A DNA stretch of 58,056 nt, filler included, from an uncultured virus (IMG/VR IMGVR_UViG_2049941000_000247) (taxonomy: Duplodnaviria; Heunggongvirae; Uroviricota; Caudoviricetes). It is 7 parts of one record of this genome, joined end to end, with 100 filler letters (N's around TTAATTAATTAA, not from the genome) between each part and the next. Parts side by side here need not be neighbours in the genome. Positions count along the whole stretch, not along the records: positions 38,196 to 57,751 come from IMGVR_UViG_2049941000_000247; 6 more parts are not named here. One strand, 5' to 3'. Shown here in pieces: positions 40,223 to 52,533 of the stretch. Positions within the stretch are counted from its first letter, which is position 1. The number at the start of each line of letters is the position of its first letter. The notes beneath the pieces are model-generated. The model ran no database searches. It saw only the letters and a program-made list of their open reading frames with translations, and was not told where the DNA came from. The translations under genes were made by a program, and so were the position numbers.

Positions 40223-40990
40223 ACGGGTGACGTGATCTATAAGCCGCTGATCGAGGATATGACATGGAGCTACAGCCGTGTCAGGTGTTTCAACGACTGC
40301 CCGTACAGATAGGTGGTTTTTGAAGTACATCTGCGGCGTCAAAGATGAACCGCAATTCTACAGCTCATACGGCTCTTTTATCCATAAGCTGATCGACGGG
40401 TTTTACAGCGGGAAGTACACACGCGCAGAGCTGCCGACAAAGTTCCTGACAGGATTTATGTCAGAAGTCCATGGCGAACGCCCGCAGGAATCCACCGTGG
40501 NNNNNNNNNNNNNNNNNNNNNNNNATTTGAACCGTTCCCGTTCAACACAATAGCGACTGAGAAAAAGCTGAACTTCGAGATAGACGGTATCCCGCTCGTA
40601 GGTGTGATCGACTATCTCGGAGAACGGGACGGAGAGCTATATATCGTGGACAACAAGTCCCGCGATATGAAGCCCAGGAGCAAACGCAAAAAGCCTACGG
40701 CAAAAGACGCAGAACTGGACGAAATGCTCATCCAGTTATACCTGTACGCCGCTGCGGTCAGACAGGAGTACGGGGTTTTCCCGAAATCGCTGTGCTTCAA
40801 CTGCTTCCGCACAGGGGTTTTTATCGAAGAGCCGTTTGATCCTGCGGCTTATGAAAAAGCCGTCCGGTATATAAAGGACGGTGTGGCACGAATAAAAAAT
40901 GAGGACGATTTTGGACCGTACATAGACTATTTCGCGTGCCGTTATATCTGCGGTGTTCATCACGAATGCTGCTACTACGACGGGAGGTGA
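40223..40990 (+). CDS. PD-(D/E)XK Cas4/RecB-like exonuclease (apparent frameshift near 40307, gap)
   Basis: WSYSR...CPY, GS..H, EKK, G.ID, VDNKS, QLYLYA, C-terminal Cys cluster. Confidence 0.85.
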
Positions 40991-40994
40991 GACC

Positions 40995-43159
40995 ATAAGA
41001 GAAATCGACAAGCTGAGAAGCATAGACAGCGAAGCTGCTATCGTAGCAACGCTTCTGCACCACCCGGAATTTATCCATTACTCAGAGCGCCTGAACGCGA
41101 ATCATTTCACGGACGATAACAACGCCTGTATATACGGCGCCATGCAGGATCTTGCGTCGCGCGGTGTTGAGAAGTTCGACACCTTCAATATCATGCAGGT
41201 TCTGTCCGAGGACAGGTTTCGCAGGATCGCAGGCAGCGTCACCATCGAAGATCTTCACGATCTAGAGTACAACAGCACGGCGATCACAAGAGATACGCCG
41301 GAAGAGTACAACATGTTCGTGGACGCTGTTTTGGACGCGGCTTTGCGGCGTGATATTTATCGCGGGCTGGAGGAATGCCAGCGCATGGTGCTGAACGAGA
41401 GCGAACCTGACATTATACGTGGTATTTAGGCATATAGATAAACCNNNNNNNNNNCATTATACGTGGTATTTACCGTAAGATCGACGACGTGGTCGATCCG
41501 TATTCGAGGTTCGAGGATATCCCGGCTTACGCAGACGTGGTCGACGAGCTTTGGGCGGAGATCGAGAGTCGCCAGGGTGACGGATATGCGGGAATTCCAT
41601 TCAAATTCCCGTCACTCAATGAGTTCGTGACCATCGAGAAGGGCGAGCTGATCATTTTCGGCGCACAACAGAAGGTGGGCAAGTCCATTATGCTCCTGAA
41701 CTGCGCGGTAGACCTGCTTAGAAAAGACTATTCTGTTTTATACATAGACTCAGAGCTTTCCAGCAGGCTTTTCACGGCGAGGCTCCTTTCCCATCTGTCC
41801 GGCGTCAAATACAGGACGCTGACAGCCGGCGGATGCACCGATGCAGAAAACGCGGAGATCATGCGCCAGAAAGAATGGATGAAGAGCCGAAAATTCTACC
41901 ATATTTACATGCCGTTCTTCGATCAGCAGAGCCTGTTTACCACTGTCAAGCGTATCCATCACATCCAGCCGCTGGATGTCATCATCATTGACTATTTCAA
42001 GTCCACCGGTAACGATATGGACGCTTTCCAGACCTATGCGTCCATGGGGCGGTGTGTGGATATGGTAAAAAACGATATCGCGGGCTCTATGGGTATCGCG
42101 GCGATCGGCGCGGCGCAGGCTACGGTCAACAACCGCCTTGCGGATTCGGCAAAGATCGCAAGAAACGCTTCTACGGTCATGTGTATTATTTGGATGNNNN
42201 NNNNNNGAAATCTATATGATGAAATTTACCGGAGACTACAACGAGCAGGATGGATGGCGGCCTGGGTTGGTTTTTCAGAACAACAAGGGGAACAAGCACA
42301 GCCCGAACATCATAGCGTTACCTTTGACAAGTTCTATTAAAAGCATGCATCTTGTGACACATGTGCTTCTTAGGGCGGAAAACACAGGTCTTCACAGAGA
42401 CAGTGTTGTCATCTGTGAAAATCCTGAGAGCATGTCGAAGAACAAAATCGGAAGATACATCACAACAATTTCTGATAATGATATGTCTAGAATAGCCGAA
42501 GCAAGCATGCTTGCAACATCAGCTATTGCGTTCGTGGATATCAACTCACTTGTGTCCATCTGGGAAAAAGCGAAGATGTTAAACTCATCGTGTAAAAAAT
42601 AAAGATAAGCGGTGATACCTATGTTTAATCCCGAGACAAAGCAGAGGTTTATTTCTGAATTCACAAACAAGATAGCGTACAAACGTGTATGTGAGTCCCT
42701 TTTTAACGCTACGTCAAAATTCGAATCTGAGTTGAATAAAGACATCTGCGCCATGAATGCGGAAGAGCTGACGCCGATCGCAGAATCGATGGAAACCGTC
42801 AGACTTGGAAATTCGAGATTGCGGATGTCTGTTTTGAAGGCGTATATCAAGTGGTGTATCGAAAACGATATTGATGGCGCATGTGACGCAATCAATAGTA
42901 TAGAAACGTCAAATATCAAAAAAGTACGTAGTCGAATGATAGCGAGTCCGCTGCATCTCCAAGAATATATGAATTTATCGATGATGCCAGAGTCGTCTCT
43001 CGATCCNNNNNNNNNNAGTGCGGGAACAAGAAAATGGTCGTCGCGATCAACAGAAATGGTATGCAGCACTCACCCGGCGAGTATATCGACCTGAATTTCG
43101 ACGGAGACCACATCCTGTATGAAGAATGCAGGCAGCACGTGCCGCAATCCCCGTTCTAA
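40995..43159 (+). CDS. dnaB: DnaB-like replicative helicase (40995-42180 plus 43017-43159; unrelated block scaffolded in between)
   Basis: SEAAIVATLL, GAQQKVGKS, YIDSE, IIDY, AAQ, LADS..I.R.AS, NRNG. Confidence 0.88.
42206..42602 (+). CDS. mazF: PemK/MazF endoribonuclease (N-terminus probably 38064-38095)
   Basis: EIY...EQ.GWRPGLVFQNNKGNKHSP.IIALPLTS, THV, DSVVICE. Confidence 0.88.
42621..43005 (+). CDS. MrpR/YopR-like tyrosine-recombinase-fold regulator, N-terminal part
   Basis: MFNPETKQRFI...FE..LNKDIC.M...S.LKAYIKWC SAM-like core-binding pattern. Confidence 0.6.
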
Positions 43160-43180
43160 ATACCTGCGGAGGTGGTTTTT

Positions 43181-44353
43181 TTGGACCTTGAAGAGCTGCT
43201 TTCGTCCATAGACATCGTTGAGTTTCTGTCACAATATGTTGACCTCGAAGAAAGGAACGGAGAGTACTGGGGTATCAGCCCTTTGTCCGACCCGCCTGAA
43301 AAAACTCCTTCATTTTCGGTCAGAAGAGAGACCGGAAGATTCTATTGCTTCTCGACTNNNNNNNNNNNNNNNNNNNNNNNNNNNNNNNNNNNNNNNNNNN
43401 NNNNNNNNNNNNNNNNNNNNNNNNNNNNNNNNNNNNNNNNNNNNNNNNNNNNNNNNNNNNNNNNNNNNNNNNNNNNNNNNNNNNNNNNNNNNNNNNNNNN
43501 NNNNNNNNNNNNNNNNNNNNNNNNNNNNNNNNNNNNNNNNNNNNNNNNNNNNNNNNNNNNNNNNNNNNNNNNNNNNNNNNNNNNNNNNNNNNNNNNNNNN
43601 NNNNNNNNNNNNNNNNNNNNNNNNNNNNNNNNNNNNNNNNNNNNNNNNNNNNNNNNNNNNNNNNNCGCCATTTCAGTCTGCAAGCGTTTTCAGACGCAAA
43701 ATCGTAACGAAAAAGTGTTTTCCGGGTCGATTTTGCCTGAAAACACAATGGAGAAGTACGAAAAACGTCCGGACAAGCTGGCTGTGTGGGAAAATGAGGG
43801 CATTTCAAGAGCTTCTTTGGACAAATTTCAGGTTTTTTACGACGGATTTGCGGACAGACTGGTCTATCCGGTCCGCGATCCGTCAGGAAAGATCATAAAT
43901 ATCGGCGCGAGGACGCTAGACCCGCGCTGGAAGGAGAAAGGGCTCAAAAAATACTGCTATTACTACCAGTTCGGCACGATAAATACCATTTACGGGCTCT
44001 CAGAGAACATTCAGGACATCAAAAAGAGCCGCGAGATCATACTTTTCGAGGGCTGCAAGAGTGTTTTGCTCGCAGACACATGGGGAATCCGCAATACAGG
44101 CGCTATTTTGACTTCTCATCTGAGTCAGAATCAGATGAAGCTGCTTATCAGCCTTGGCTGCCGTGTGGTTTTTGCTCTCGATAAGGATGTTGATATAAAA
44201 AAAGACCGGAACATCCGCAAGCTCACCCACTATGTGAACGTGGAATACATCCACGATACGGATGGGCTTTTGAGCGAGAAGGACGCGCCGGTCGACAAAG
44301 GGAAGGAGGTGTTTGAAAGACTATATGTATCCAGAAAATACTACTGCCAGTAA
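43181..44353 (+). CDS. dnaG: DnaG-like primase (gapped)
   Basis: EKTPSFSV..FYCFS zinc-binding region, RLVYP, FEG.KS, ALDKD TOPRIM. Confidence 0.9.
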   Translation: MDLEELLSSIDIVEFLSQYVDLEERNGEYWGISPLSDPPEKTPSFSVRRETGRFYCFSTXXXXXXXXXXXXXXXXXXXXXXXXXXXXXXXXXXXXXXXXXXXXXXXXXXXXXXXXXXXXXXXXXXXXXXXXXXXXXXXXXXXXXXXXXXXXXXXXXXXXXXXAISVCKRFQTQNRNEKVFSGSILPENTMEKYEKRPDKLAVWENEGISRASLDKFQVFYDGFADRLVYPVRDPSGKIINIGARTLDPRWKEKGLKKYCYYYQFGTINTIYGLSENIQDIKKSREIILFEGCKSVLLADTWGIRNTGAILTSHLSQNQMKLLISLGCRVVFALDKDVDIKKDRNIRKLTHYVNVEYIHDTDGLLSEKDAPVDKGKEVFERLYVSRKYYCQ

Positions 44354-44776
44354 TATTACTTTCGACCCCAGATTCTATACAACCTATGAAACTGTTTTGC
44401 CAAGTATAGACACAATCACAACCCATTTGACTACTACTGATTATACGATACGAACCGATGACTCCTACGATGGNNNNNNNNNNGGGTTTTCAATACAGGT
44501 ACCCACCTTACAACGCGAGCGATGATCAGCTTTTCTTGATGAATATCAGGAAGGAATTATGGAACAGGCTTTGCAACGCAGGTATTACAGATGAGAAACT
44601 GAGGGAGTNNNNNNNNNNTGCGAGCTGCTCATCGATCAGAATAACGCTGATGTACTTGAGGCTGCGTATTGGGAATCAGATGAGCTTGACGACTTCCTGA
44701 TGGAGTTCATCCAAAAGAGATAGTGAGGAGGCTGGCTTTGAAGACTCGATTACGATTATTTACAAGGAGGCTGGTT

Positions 44777-45397
44777 TTGAAGATTCGATTACGATTATTC
44801 ACTTTGATCTTTGTTTTGCTGGGTTTGATGCAGACAGCGTGTGCGGTTTATATCCCGGACGCAAAAGGCTACGACCAGAAGGTCGACTATATGTCCCATA
44901 TGATAAAGGCGGCCGAAAATGGAAGTGAGTACGCCATGGCGCTCGGCCGGGTTTATGAGCTCCATCGCAACAACAAGATACGCGATATGAAGCTAGATTA
45001 TGCCACAACGGATTATTTCGTCGGGCATTCGCCCAAAGAGACACTTGAGCTTCTGATAGCGTACATAGCTCCGCCGGAGCCTGAACCCGAACCTGAACAG
45101 AAGATGGTTTACGCTGGCGACTTCTATATTACCGGGTATGATTTGTGCTATTCATGCTGCGGTAAAACTGACGGAATTACGGCAAGCGGAGCTTATGCGA
45201 CAGTCGGACGCACGGTAGCGGCCAGCAGGGAATTCGCGTTTGGAACGCGTTTATATATAGAGGGTATAGGCGAGCGCGTTGTGGAAGATCGCGGCGGAGC
45301 CATCAGCGGAGACCGCATCGATGTGCTCTGCAACAATCACGACGAATGCTACGCCATTACAGGCTGGTACTCGGTATATGTGATCGTGGAGGATTGA
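44777..45397 (+). CDS. Secreted 3D-domain (lytic transglycosylase-like) protein
   Basis: Signal peptide; ITGY, GITASG, TVAA, EDRGGAI, RIDV. Confidence 0.88.
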   Translation: MKIRLRLFTLIFVLLGLMQTACAVYIPDAKGYDQKVDYMSHMIKAAENGSEYAMALGRVYELHRNNKIRDMKLDYATTDYFVGHSPKETLELLIAYIAPPEPEPEPEQKMVYAGDFYITGYDLCYSCCGKTDGITASGAYATVGRTVAASREFAFGTRLYIEGIGERVVEDRGGAISGDRIDVLCNNHDECYAITGWYSVYVIVED

Positions 45398-45565
45398 AAT
45401 GTTGATTGCCTATCACACCTGCGATCACTGCGGTAAACATCTGGATGGAATGAAAGACTATCAGGAAGTCGAACTCGATATGTTATACGGGCGCATTGAC
45501 TTGTGCGCAGGATGTTATGCTGAGCTCATTGAGCTCATCAAAGATTTTGTGCGGAGGAAAGAACC

Positions 45566-45982
45566 ATGAAGAAAGTAGTTGCTGTATTCCTTGTAGCTTT
45601 GATTGTGATTTGCGGATCGTTGACTGGTTGCTACGCAAGAGAGAGTGAACGCGTTTCGTACAATGTATCAAAAGAAGCCGATAACTTCAACGTCACTCGT
45701 CGGCTGACAGTGTTCAATATCCGTACAGATACGGTGCTTATGCAGATGACAGGGAATTTTGCCTTGAAAAACGAAGGTCATAACGAACTGTCGGTCATCG
45801 TTGAGGTAGAAAAGGGCATCTATCAGAAGCACTTCGTTTATCTGAATGAATATACCATGTACACAGTGGAAGACCTCAGCGGTGCTGAAGTCAGTCCGTA
45901 CAGTTACGAGCTGGAATTCCTGCCGCAGGCGCTCAAACCCGTTAAGATCACAGCGCATGAGCTGGTCGAGGATTTCGGATGA
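45566..45982 (+). CDS. Phage lipoprotein
   Basis: Lipobox LTGC; VSYNVSKEADNFNV.RR. Confidence 0.8.
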   Translation: MKKVVAVFLVALIVICGSLTGCYARESERVSYNVSKEADNFNVTRRLTVFNIRTDTVLMQMTGNFALKNEGHNELSVIVEVEKGIYQKHFVYLNEYTMYTVEDLSGAEVSPYSYELEFLPQALKPVKITAHELVEDFG

Positions 45983-46587
45983 CCGAGACGGAGTGAGACT
46001 ATGGATCTTGAAAAACTGAAACTTGACTCTATGAAATCTTTCCTTCTCAGGCTGAAGCACGACGGGCTTTTGCCGAAGGAAAAGAAAGACGTTGCTAATC
46101 TGGTGAAGTCTTATGCGGGCGGAGAGCTGGAACGCGTCGTATTCGCTGAATGGGTCTGGGATCAGAATGCCGTCGCGCCAGGCCACGGAGCATGGATCTG
46201 CAGCAGATGCAACTGTCCGAACGAGAATATCCACGCCATGAAATGGGGCGACCCGTTTGCGTGGGAGGGCTCAAGCTACTGTCCATATTGCGGGGCGCGG
46301 TTTTTGAAAACCGAAAAGGGTGGTGATAAGAAATAGATGAATATGTATCCGTGAGGGAACTTCTGAGTATCGCCAGGGCGCGCGACTACTACTTCCAGGT
46401 CAAGTCCGATCTGATGAAGTGCAGGAAGGTAACGCTTCCGAGTGATTCCGATAGGGTAGACTCAAATATCTACGATACAGAGGAGATCTACCCTAATTGC
46501 ACGGTGCAGGTCTGGACGAACAGCTACACCGGGAAATCAAGCGTAGGCTGGTGGCCTAACGAGTAAATTCTGAAACGGCGATAGGAG

Positions 46588-49500
46588 GTGATATCCGCGT
46601 CTGATAATTATGTGATCTACCATCTGCACAGCGATCTTTCAAATGGCGTTACGAACGTGGACTCTGTTACCAAGTTCGAACAATATGTCGGACGGGCAAA
46701 AGAGTGCGGCATGAAGGCGATGGGTTTTGCAGAACACGGATCATTGTTTGAATGGTGGCACAAGAAAAGTGCGATCGAAAAAGCCGGAATGAAGTATATC
46801 CACGGCGTCGAGGCGTACCTGACAGAGTCGCTCGAAGAAAAGGTGCGTGACAATTATCACTGCGTTTTGATGGCACGCAACCATGACGGTTTTTTGGAGC
46901 TGAACGAGCTCGTTTCCCGCAGCTTCAACCGCAAAGACAACCACTTCTATTATGTGCCGCGCATTTCTTTTGACGAGCTGTTTTCGTCTTCCGAAAACAT
47001 CCTGATAACGACTGCCTGTGTCGGCGGAGTCCTCGGTAAAGGCGAGGATTCGGTACAGGAGAGGTTCATTGGGTTTTTAACATCCAATAAAAACAGGTGC
47101 TTCCTGGAGATTGGCCACCACATGGACGAAAAACAGGTCGTGTACAATCAAAAGCTGCTGGAGCTCCACAAAGAAACGGGTATCCCACTGATCGCCGGAA
47201 CGGATACACACGTATTGGATGCTGCACATGAACGCGGCAGAACGATCCTCCAGGCGTCAAAGAATATCCACTTCGACGGCGAAGACAAGTGGGATCTGAA
47301 GTTCAAAACATTTGAGGAATTGCTGACGGCTTATGAGAAGCAGGCATCTGTTCCAAAGGTTGATTATTTGGCGGCCATTGAAAGCACGAACGCTCTGGCC
47401 GATATGATCGAGCCGTTTGAAATAGACTGCGGAACGAAGTATCCGCACATCTATTCTGAGCCGGAACAAACTTTTGAGAAAAAGGTTTTTGAGGCGATCG
47501 ATACGCACCCATATGCTCTGAAAAATCACAGCCGCGAAGAGATCGAAGCTGTGGTAAAAGAGGAGCTTGAGGTATATAAGGCGACCAAATCCATCGACCT
47601 CATGCTTCTCCAGACGTATCTCCGCGAATGGGAGCGCGAACACGATATCCAATGCGGGTACGGGAGGGGCTCGGTATCAGGGAGCATGATCGCTTATCTT
47701 CTGGGTATAACGCAAATGGATAGTATGCGTTTCGATCTTAACTTTTTTCGCTTCATGAATCCTTCCCGCGTAACAAACGCAGATATTGATACCGACTACG
47801 CCGGAAAAGACAGGGATACGGTCAAGGAATTTCTGCTCAGAGACAAAATGAACCTCCCGAGCATACAGTCTGCCGAGATCATCACGTTCAATACGATCGC
47901 CTTAAAGGGCGCCGTCAGAGACGTATGCCGCGCATTGTATAAAGACCACGTCGATATGGATTATCTGAAGCTCGCAGACGAGATCAGTAAGGAACTGGAC
48001 GACAATGAAAGCGGTATGCGCCAGAAATACCCAGAGGTTTTCGAGTACGCTGACCTTGTGAACGGTACGATCGTCTCGATCGGCACACACCCGAGCGGAG
48101 TCCTTANNNNNNNNNNNNNNNNNNNNNNNNNNNNNNNNNNNNNTTATCAGCGACCTGCCAATCGAGAAAACCGTGGGGCTTTGCAGCGTTTCCACGTCCG
48201 ATTACCCGGTCTCCATGATCAATATGAAGGAGCTGGATGACCAGATGTACGTGAAGCTCGACATTCTCGGCCTTGACAACATCGGAGTGATCAACGAAAC
48301 GTGCAAAATGCTCTGTATAGAGCGGCTGACGCCGGACAATGTAGATCTGGAAGACGAAGAGGTGTGGAAAAGCATCAGGAACGACACAACACTGATCTTC
48401 CAATGGGAATCAAACAGCGCTCAGGCGTTTCTGAAGAAGTTTATGTCAGATAAAACGATCGGGATCGCTCGTGAAAGGACGCCGAACTTCTCCATGATCA
48501 AGTGGCTGTCCTTCGGAAACGGCCTGATACGGCCTGCGTGTGCAAGTTTTCGCGACAGTGTTGCAAACGGTGAGTTTTACGACAACGGTTTGCCTGCTCT
48601 TAACGAATTTTTAGCTCCGGAGGCCGGCAGGATCGCCATGCAGGAGACGATCATGCAGTTTCTTGTCAAATTTTGCGGGTATTCCGCCGCCGAATCCGAC
48701 ACGGTCAGGCGCGGCATCGCAAAAAAGAAGGGAACGGAAGCGCTCCTGCCGGAAATCGAGCGCAGATTCATCGAAAAGTGCTCAAAAGAGTACGATTTGA
48801 CGGTGGAAAAGTGCGAAAGCGTCATCAAACCGTTCCTGCAAGTCATCCTGGACGCCTCTGCGTACGCATTTTCGTGGAACCATTCGGATTCTTACTCTGC
48901 AATCGGCTATATCTGCGGGTATTTGAGGTATTATCACCCGCTTGAATTCCTTACGGCAGCCTTGAACATCTTCGGAGACAACTTCGATAAGACCANNNNN
49001 NNNNNTCAATTTCGCCAACATATCCGTCAGGGTGTCCGATGCGTTCATGGAGGCCGTTGAACACGATGCAGACTGGGAGCTGTATTTTGAACGCAAGGAA
49101 ACCGGCGAGACCATATCGAGGTCTGTGAAGGCAAAAGACCTTTTCCGCCTGTTGTGTGAATGCAACTGGAANNNNNNNNNNTTTCCAGAAGCGATTACTT
49201 CTACGACAAAGAAGCGAACGTGATCGCAAAGGGGCTTTCTTCCGTGAAGTACATGAGTTCTGCCACAGCGGACGAACTGTACGAGCTTGCGCATAAAAAA
49301 AAACCGTATAACAAATTTGTAGATGTGCTGTTTGAGATCGACAGAGAGTCGTCGATCAATACGCGTCAGCTCGATATCCTGATAAAACTGGACTTCTTCG
49401 ACGCATTCGGCAACCAGAGAGAGCTTCTTCGCATCACAGAACTGTTCTACGGCATGTTCAAATGCGGCGATGTCAAAAAGCTTCGCAAGGAACTCGTGGA

Positions 49501-49957
49501 CGGAACGCCGCTGGAACCGATCGTGAAGAAATACTCCACGGGTTTTACGAAATCTGGAGGAGAGGCGAAGAGCTACACGATACTGGACGCCGTTTCGATC
49601 CTCGAAGAAGTGGAAGAGGCGATAAAGGAGCTTCACATGGAGGATCTGAGCGACATGACGAAGGTAAGAAACTTCGTGGATGTAATGGGCTACGTCGGAT
49701 ATACCTCAGGCAAGGAAGAAGACAGAAGGAAACTGTACGTCCTGGACGTATTCCCTGCAACGCGAAGAAAGGACGGCAAAAAGTTCGGGTACAACATCGT
49801 TACGAGGTCTATAGGCAGCGGGAAAGAGTCCAGGTTCACGATTTTCAACAAGGAGTACAGCAAGTGCCCGGTACACAAAGACGACATCATCTACTGTAAG
49901 AGGTATGAGAGGAATGGTAAATACTATAACTTATTCGATTACGACCACGTCGGGTGA
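46588..49957 (+). CDS. dnaE: DNA polymerase III alpha subunit (gapped; RNR fragment misplaced at 49006-49171)
   Basis: PHP HLHSD..EHG..GVEAY, GRGSVSGS, DIDTD, HPSG, KLDILGL, YAFSWNHS. Confidence 0.95.
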
Positions 49958-50632
49958 TACAGTTTCTTGATGAATATCNNNNNNNNNNTCGGGCATAAAG
50001 TTGAAATAGTAGACAGTTGTGTCGTGCTCCATCAACCATTCTACCTGGATTTGACGCATCCTGATGAGCATATCGCCTGCCTGTGCATAGATCAATCGAT
50101 GCCGGACCATCGTGATTATTGGTACTACTACAACCCAGTATTGTTTATCAATGTAAACCATCCTACGTGGTTGCAGATACTACGCAGCAACCAGTTCGAC
50201 AGGATCTTATGCACTCGCGATGCCTTCGACGTGATAATCGTTCAATGCCAGGAATTAGGTATTACCGGGCTTGACGATAGTATCCCGGATTCAGACGAGT
50301 TGGAAGCGTTTATCTCATCGTTTGCGATTTCAGAATAGCAATCACACTTTTCCATGGTATTTTCACAGTAAAAATCACACTTTTCAAAAAAACTACATAG
50401 GAGGATTTGTAATGCGCGTAAAAGTGAAGATCAAAAGTAAGGAACATTGTAATCTCTGCGGCAAGGAGCTGGATTTCTGGGATGGCACGAACAACATTTC
50501 TCTCAATAAATATCTCGGATACGGGTCACTGCACGACGGAGATATCATCAACATGAGGCTCTGCTGCAACTGCATTGACCGTCTGGTTGACGCGTGTGCG
50601 ATTTCTCCGATTGTGAAAGAAGGGGTTATCTG

Positions 50633-51489
50633 ATGCACGAGATACTGGCAAGAGGAACGACGCTTCCGCAGGCATACCATGACGCCTTATTCGCGCTGTA
50701 TATCATGGGAGACGAAGTGCCGTGCCCTGACTACGATACGGAGCAGCGCGAGTGCTCCATGACGATGGTGGTGAGCCATCCTCTGAAAGAGCCCATGATC
50801 AGCCGCCTCTTTATAGGCGGCGCGGCAGACCTTGAACAGTACAGGCAGGAGATGCTCGACGGCATTTTGGATTTCGAAGTGGCCAAGGGCAACTGGAAGT
50901 ACACATACCATCAGCGCTATGCCGACCAGTATCAGTTCATCCTTGACGAATTGAGGCGCAATCCACATTCACGCCGCGCTGTGATGGATATTCGCACAAA
51001 AGCCGATATGGGNNNNNNNNNNGGCCTGCTGGCAGCACGCTCAATATTTTATCCGCGATGGGGAACTCCATTGCAAGGTGCTTTTCAGGTCGAATGACGC
51101 TGTGAAGGCCGCATTTATGAACGCGTTTGCGCTCATCATGCTCCAGAAGCGTCTGGCGGATGAGCTTGGTGTCGAGGTTGGTACATATACCCACCGGGCC
51201 AACAGCTTCCATGTTTATAAGCGCGATTACGAACTGCTCCAGNNNNNNNNNNGGTCACAAGAGATTTGCGGCTCAGAACTCAAAGTTCCTGATGCACGAT
51301 GGGTCACAGTTCATCTATAATTCCGGCGCGAAGGCGCAGGATCAGATGGAGTTCCAGAAGAAGGTGGAGGNNNNNNNNNNCCTTACTGCAGGCGAAGGTA
51401 CAACATATAATTACGTCGGCGATTGGGATGAACAGATGTTCGATGAAAGAGAGGCAATCGCGGCAAAAGTTGAAACACTGAGGAGGTGA
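50633..51489 (+). CDS. thyA: Thymidylate synthase, short form (ClpP fragment misplaced at 51253-51370)
   Basis: YTYHQR, SRRAV, ACWQH catalytic Cys, FRSND, FMN, SFHVY. Confidence 0.85.
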
Positions 51490-51495
51490 ATTGAA

Positions 51496-52029
51496 ATGAA
51501 AGTGATTTGTATTTCCGGAAAAGCTGGACACGGCAAGGATACGCTTGCTCAATTCCTGCAGGGCGAACTGATCGAAAACGGATACAGGGTGTTTATCACA
51601 CATTACGCAGACCTTCTGAAGTACGTGTGTACGGCGTTCTTCGGATGGGACGGCAAAAAGGATGAGCATGGGCGCGCGATCCTCCAATATGTCGGCACGG
51701 ACGTCGTGCGCAAACGCAACCCTGATTTCTGGGTAAACTTCATCGCGTCGATCCTGAAATTTTTCGGAGATTGCTGGGATGTGGTGATTATCCCGGACGC
51801 GCGGTTCCGCAATGAGATCGAAGTGCTTGAGGAGCATGAGTTTGATGTGACGCATATCCGCGTCGAACGTGACGGGTATGACGGGTATTTGACATCCAGT
51901 CAGAAGGAGCACGCTTCTGAGACGGCTCTTGACGACGTGGAGCCAGATGTGCTGATCAAAAACAACGGTCTGGAGTCCCTGAGAATGGCGGCTAAAAAAT
52001 GGATCAAGGAGAACGGTTATGGCAATTAA
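51496..52029 (+). CDS. Deoxynucleoside monophosphate kinase
   Basis: GKAGHGKDT, ADLLK, R.ILQ.VGTD, DARFRNE, HASE. Confidence 0.88.
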   Translation: MKVICISGKAGHGKDTLAQFLQGELIENGYRVFITHYADLLKYVCTAFFGWDGKKDEHGRAILQYVGTDVVRKRNPDFWVNFIASILKFFGDCWDVVIIPDARFRNEIEVLEEHEFDVTHIRVERDGYDGYLTSSQKEHASETALDDVEPDVLIKNNGLESLRMAAKKWIKENGYGN

Positions 52030-52524
52030 AGAAGATGATGTTTTTGTCGAGCTTGATATGGAAGAGCTCCTGACAAAGGGCGGACAGATCGACGCGCTGT
52101 TCTATCTGCGCGATCTGAAAGAGCGAAAGCTGTTTCTGAATTCTGAGATCGACCTCTGCTCTATCGAGGGGATCGTAGGACACATCCTTCGCTTCAACGC
52201 GGAGGACAAAGGCAAGCCTTACGATGAAAGAATGCCTGTAAAACTCTATATCACATCCAATGGCGGTGATGTGGACGCTGGATTTGAGCTGATCGACGTG
52301 ATTCTGCAGAGCCAAACGCCGGTCTACACGATCAACCTCGGCTATCAGTATTCCATGGGGTTTCTGATCGGTNNNNNNNNNNGCTCAGCAGAACAGATAT
52401 CACACCGGAAATGTACGAAGACCACGAGCGTGTGGAGTGGTATATGTTTGCCGATGAGGCGAAGGAACTCGGCGTGACCAATTTCATCATCGGCGAAGAC
52501 TGCGATATCGACGAGGTGATATGA
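52019..52524 (+). CDS. clpP: ClpP-like protease subunit (middle part displaced to 51253-51370)
   Basis: LYITSNGG, YSMG (Ser), FLMHD (His), WYMFADEAKELG. Confidence 0.88.
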
Positions 52525-52533
52525 GGAGGCTCT

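Noticed and set aside
40300..40315. Stop-codon recoding or programmed frameshift in the exonuclease
   Set aside because: TAC-AGAT-AGG-TGG looks like a 4-nt merge of two alleles; all three stops terminate genes normally elsewhere
41410..41472. Premature stop splitting dnaB
   Set aside because: CATTATACGTGGTATTTA is duplicated across the gap and the stop adjoins a chimeric tail matching 37908-37922
44726..44799. 39-bp-period tandem duplication of RBS and start of the 3D gene
   Set aside because: Real in this sequence but only two near-identical copies; may be collapsed strain variants, with no further structure
49006..49171. Foreign insert in dnaE
   Set aside because: Class II RNR fragment (NISVRVSDAFMEAV) bounded by gaps; scaffolding error
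51253..51370. Insert in thyA
   Set aside because: It is the missing middle of clpP (FLMHD), bounded by gaps
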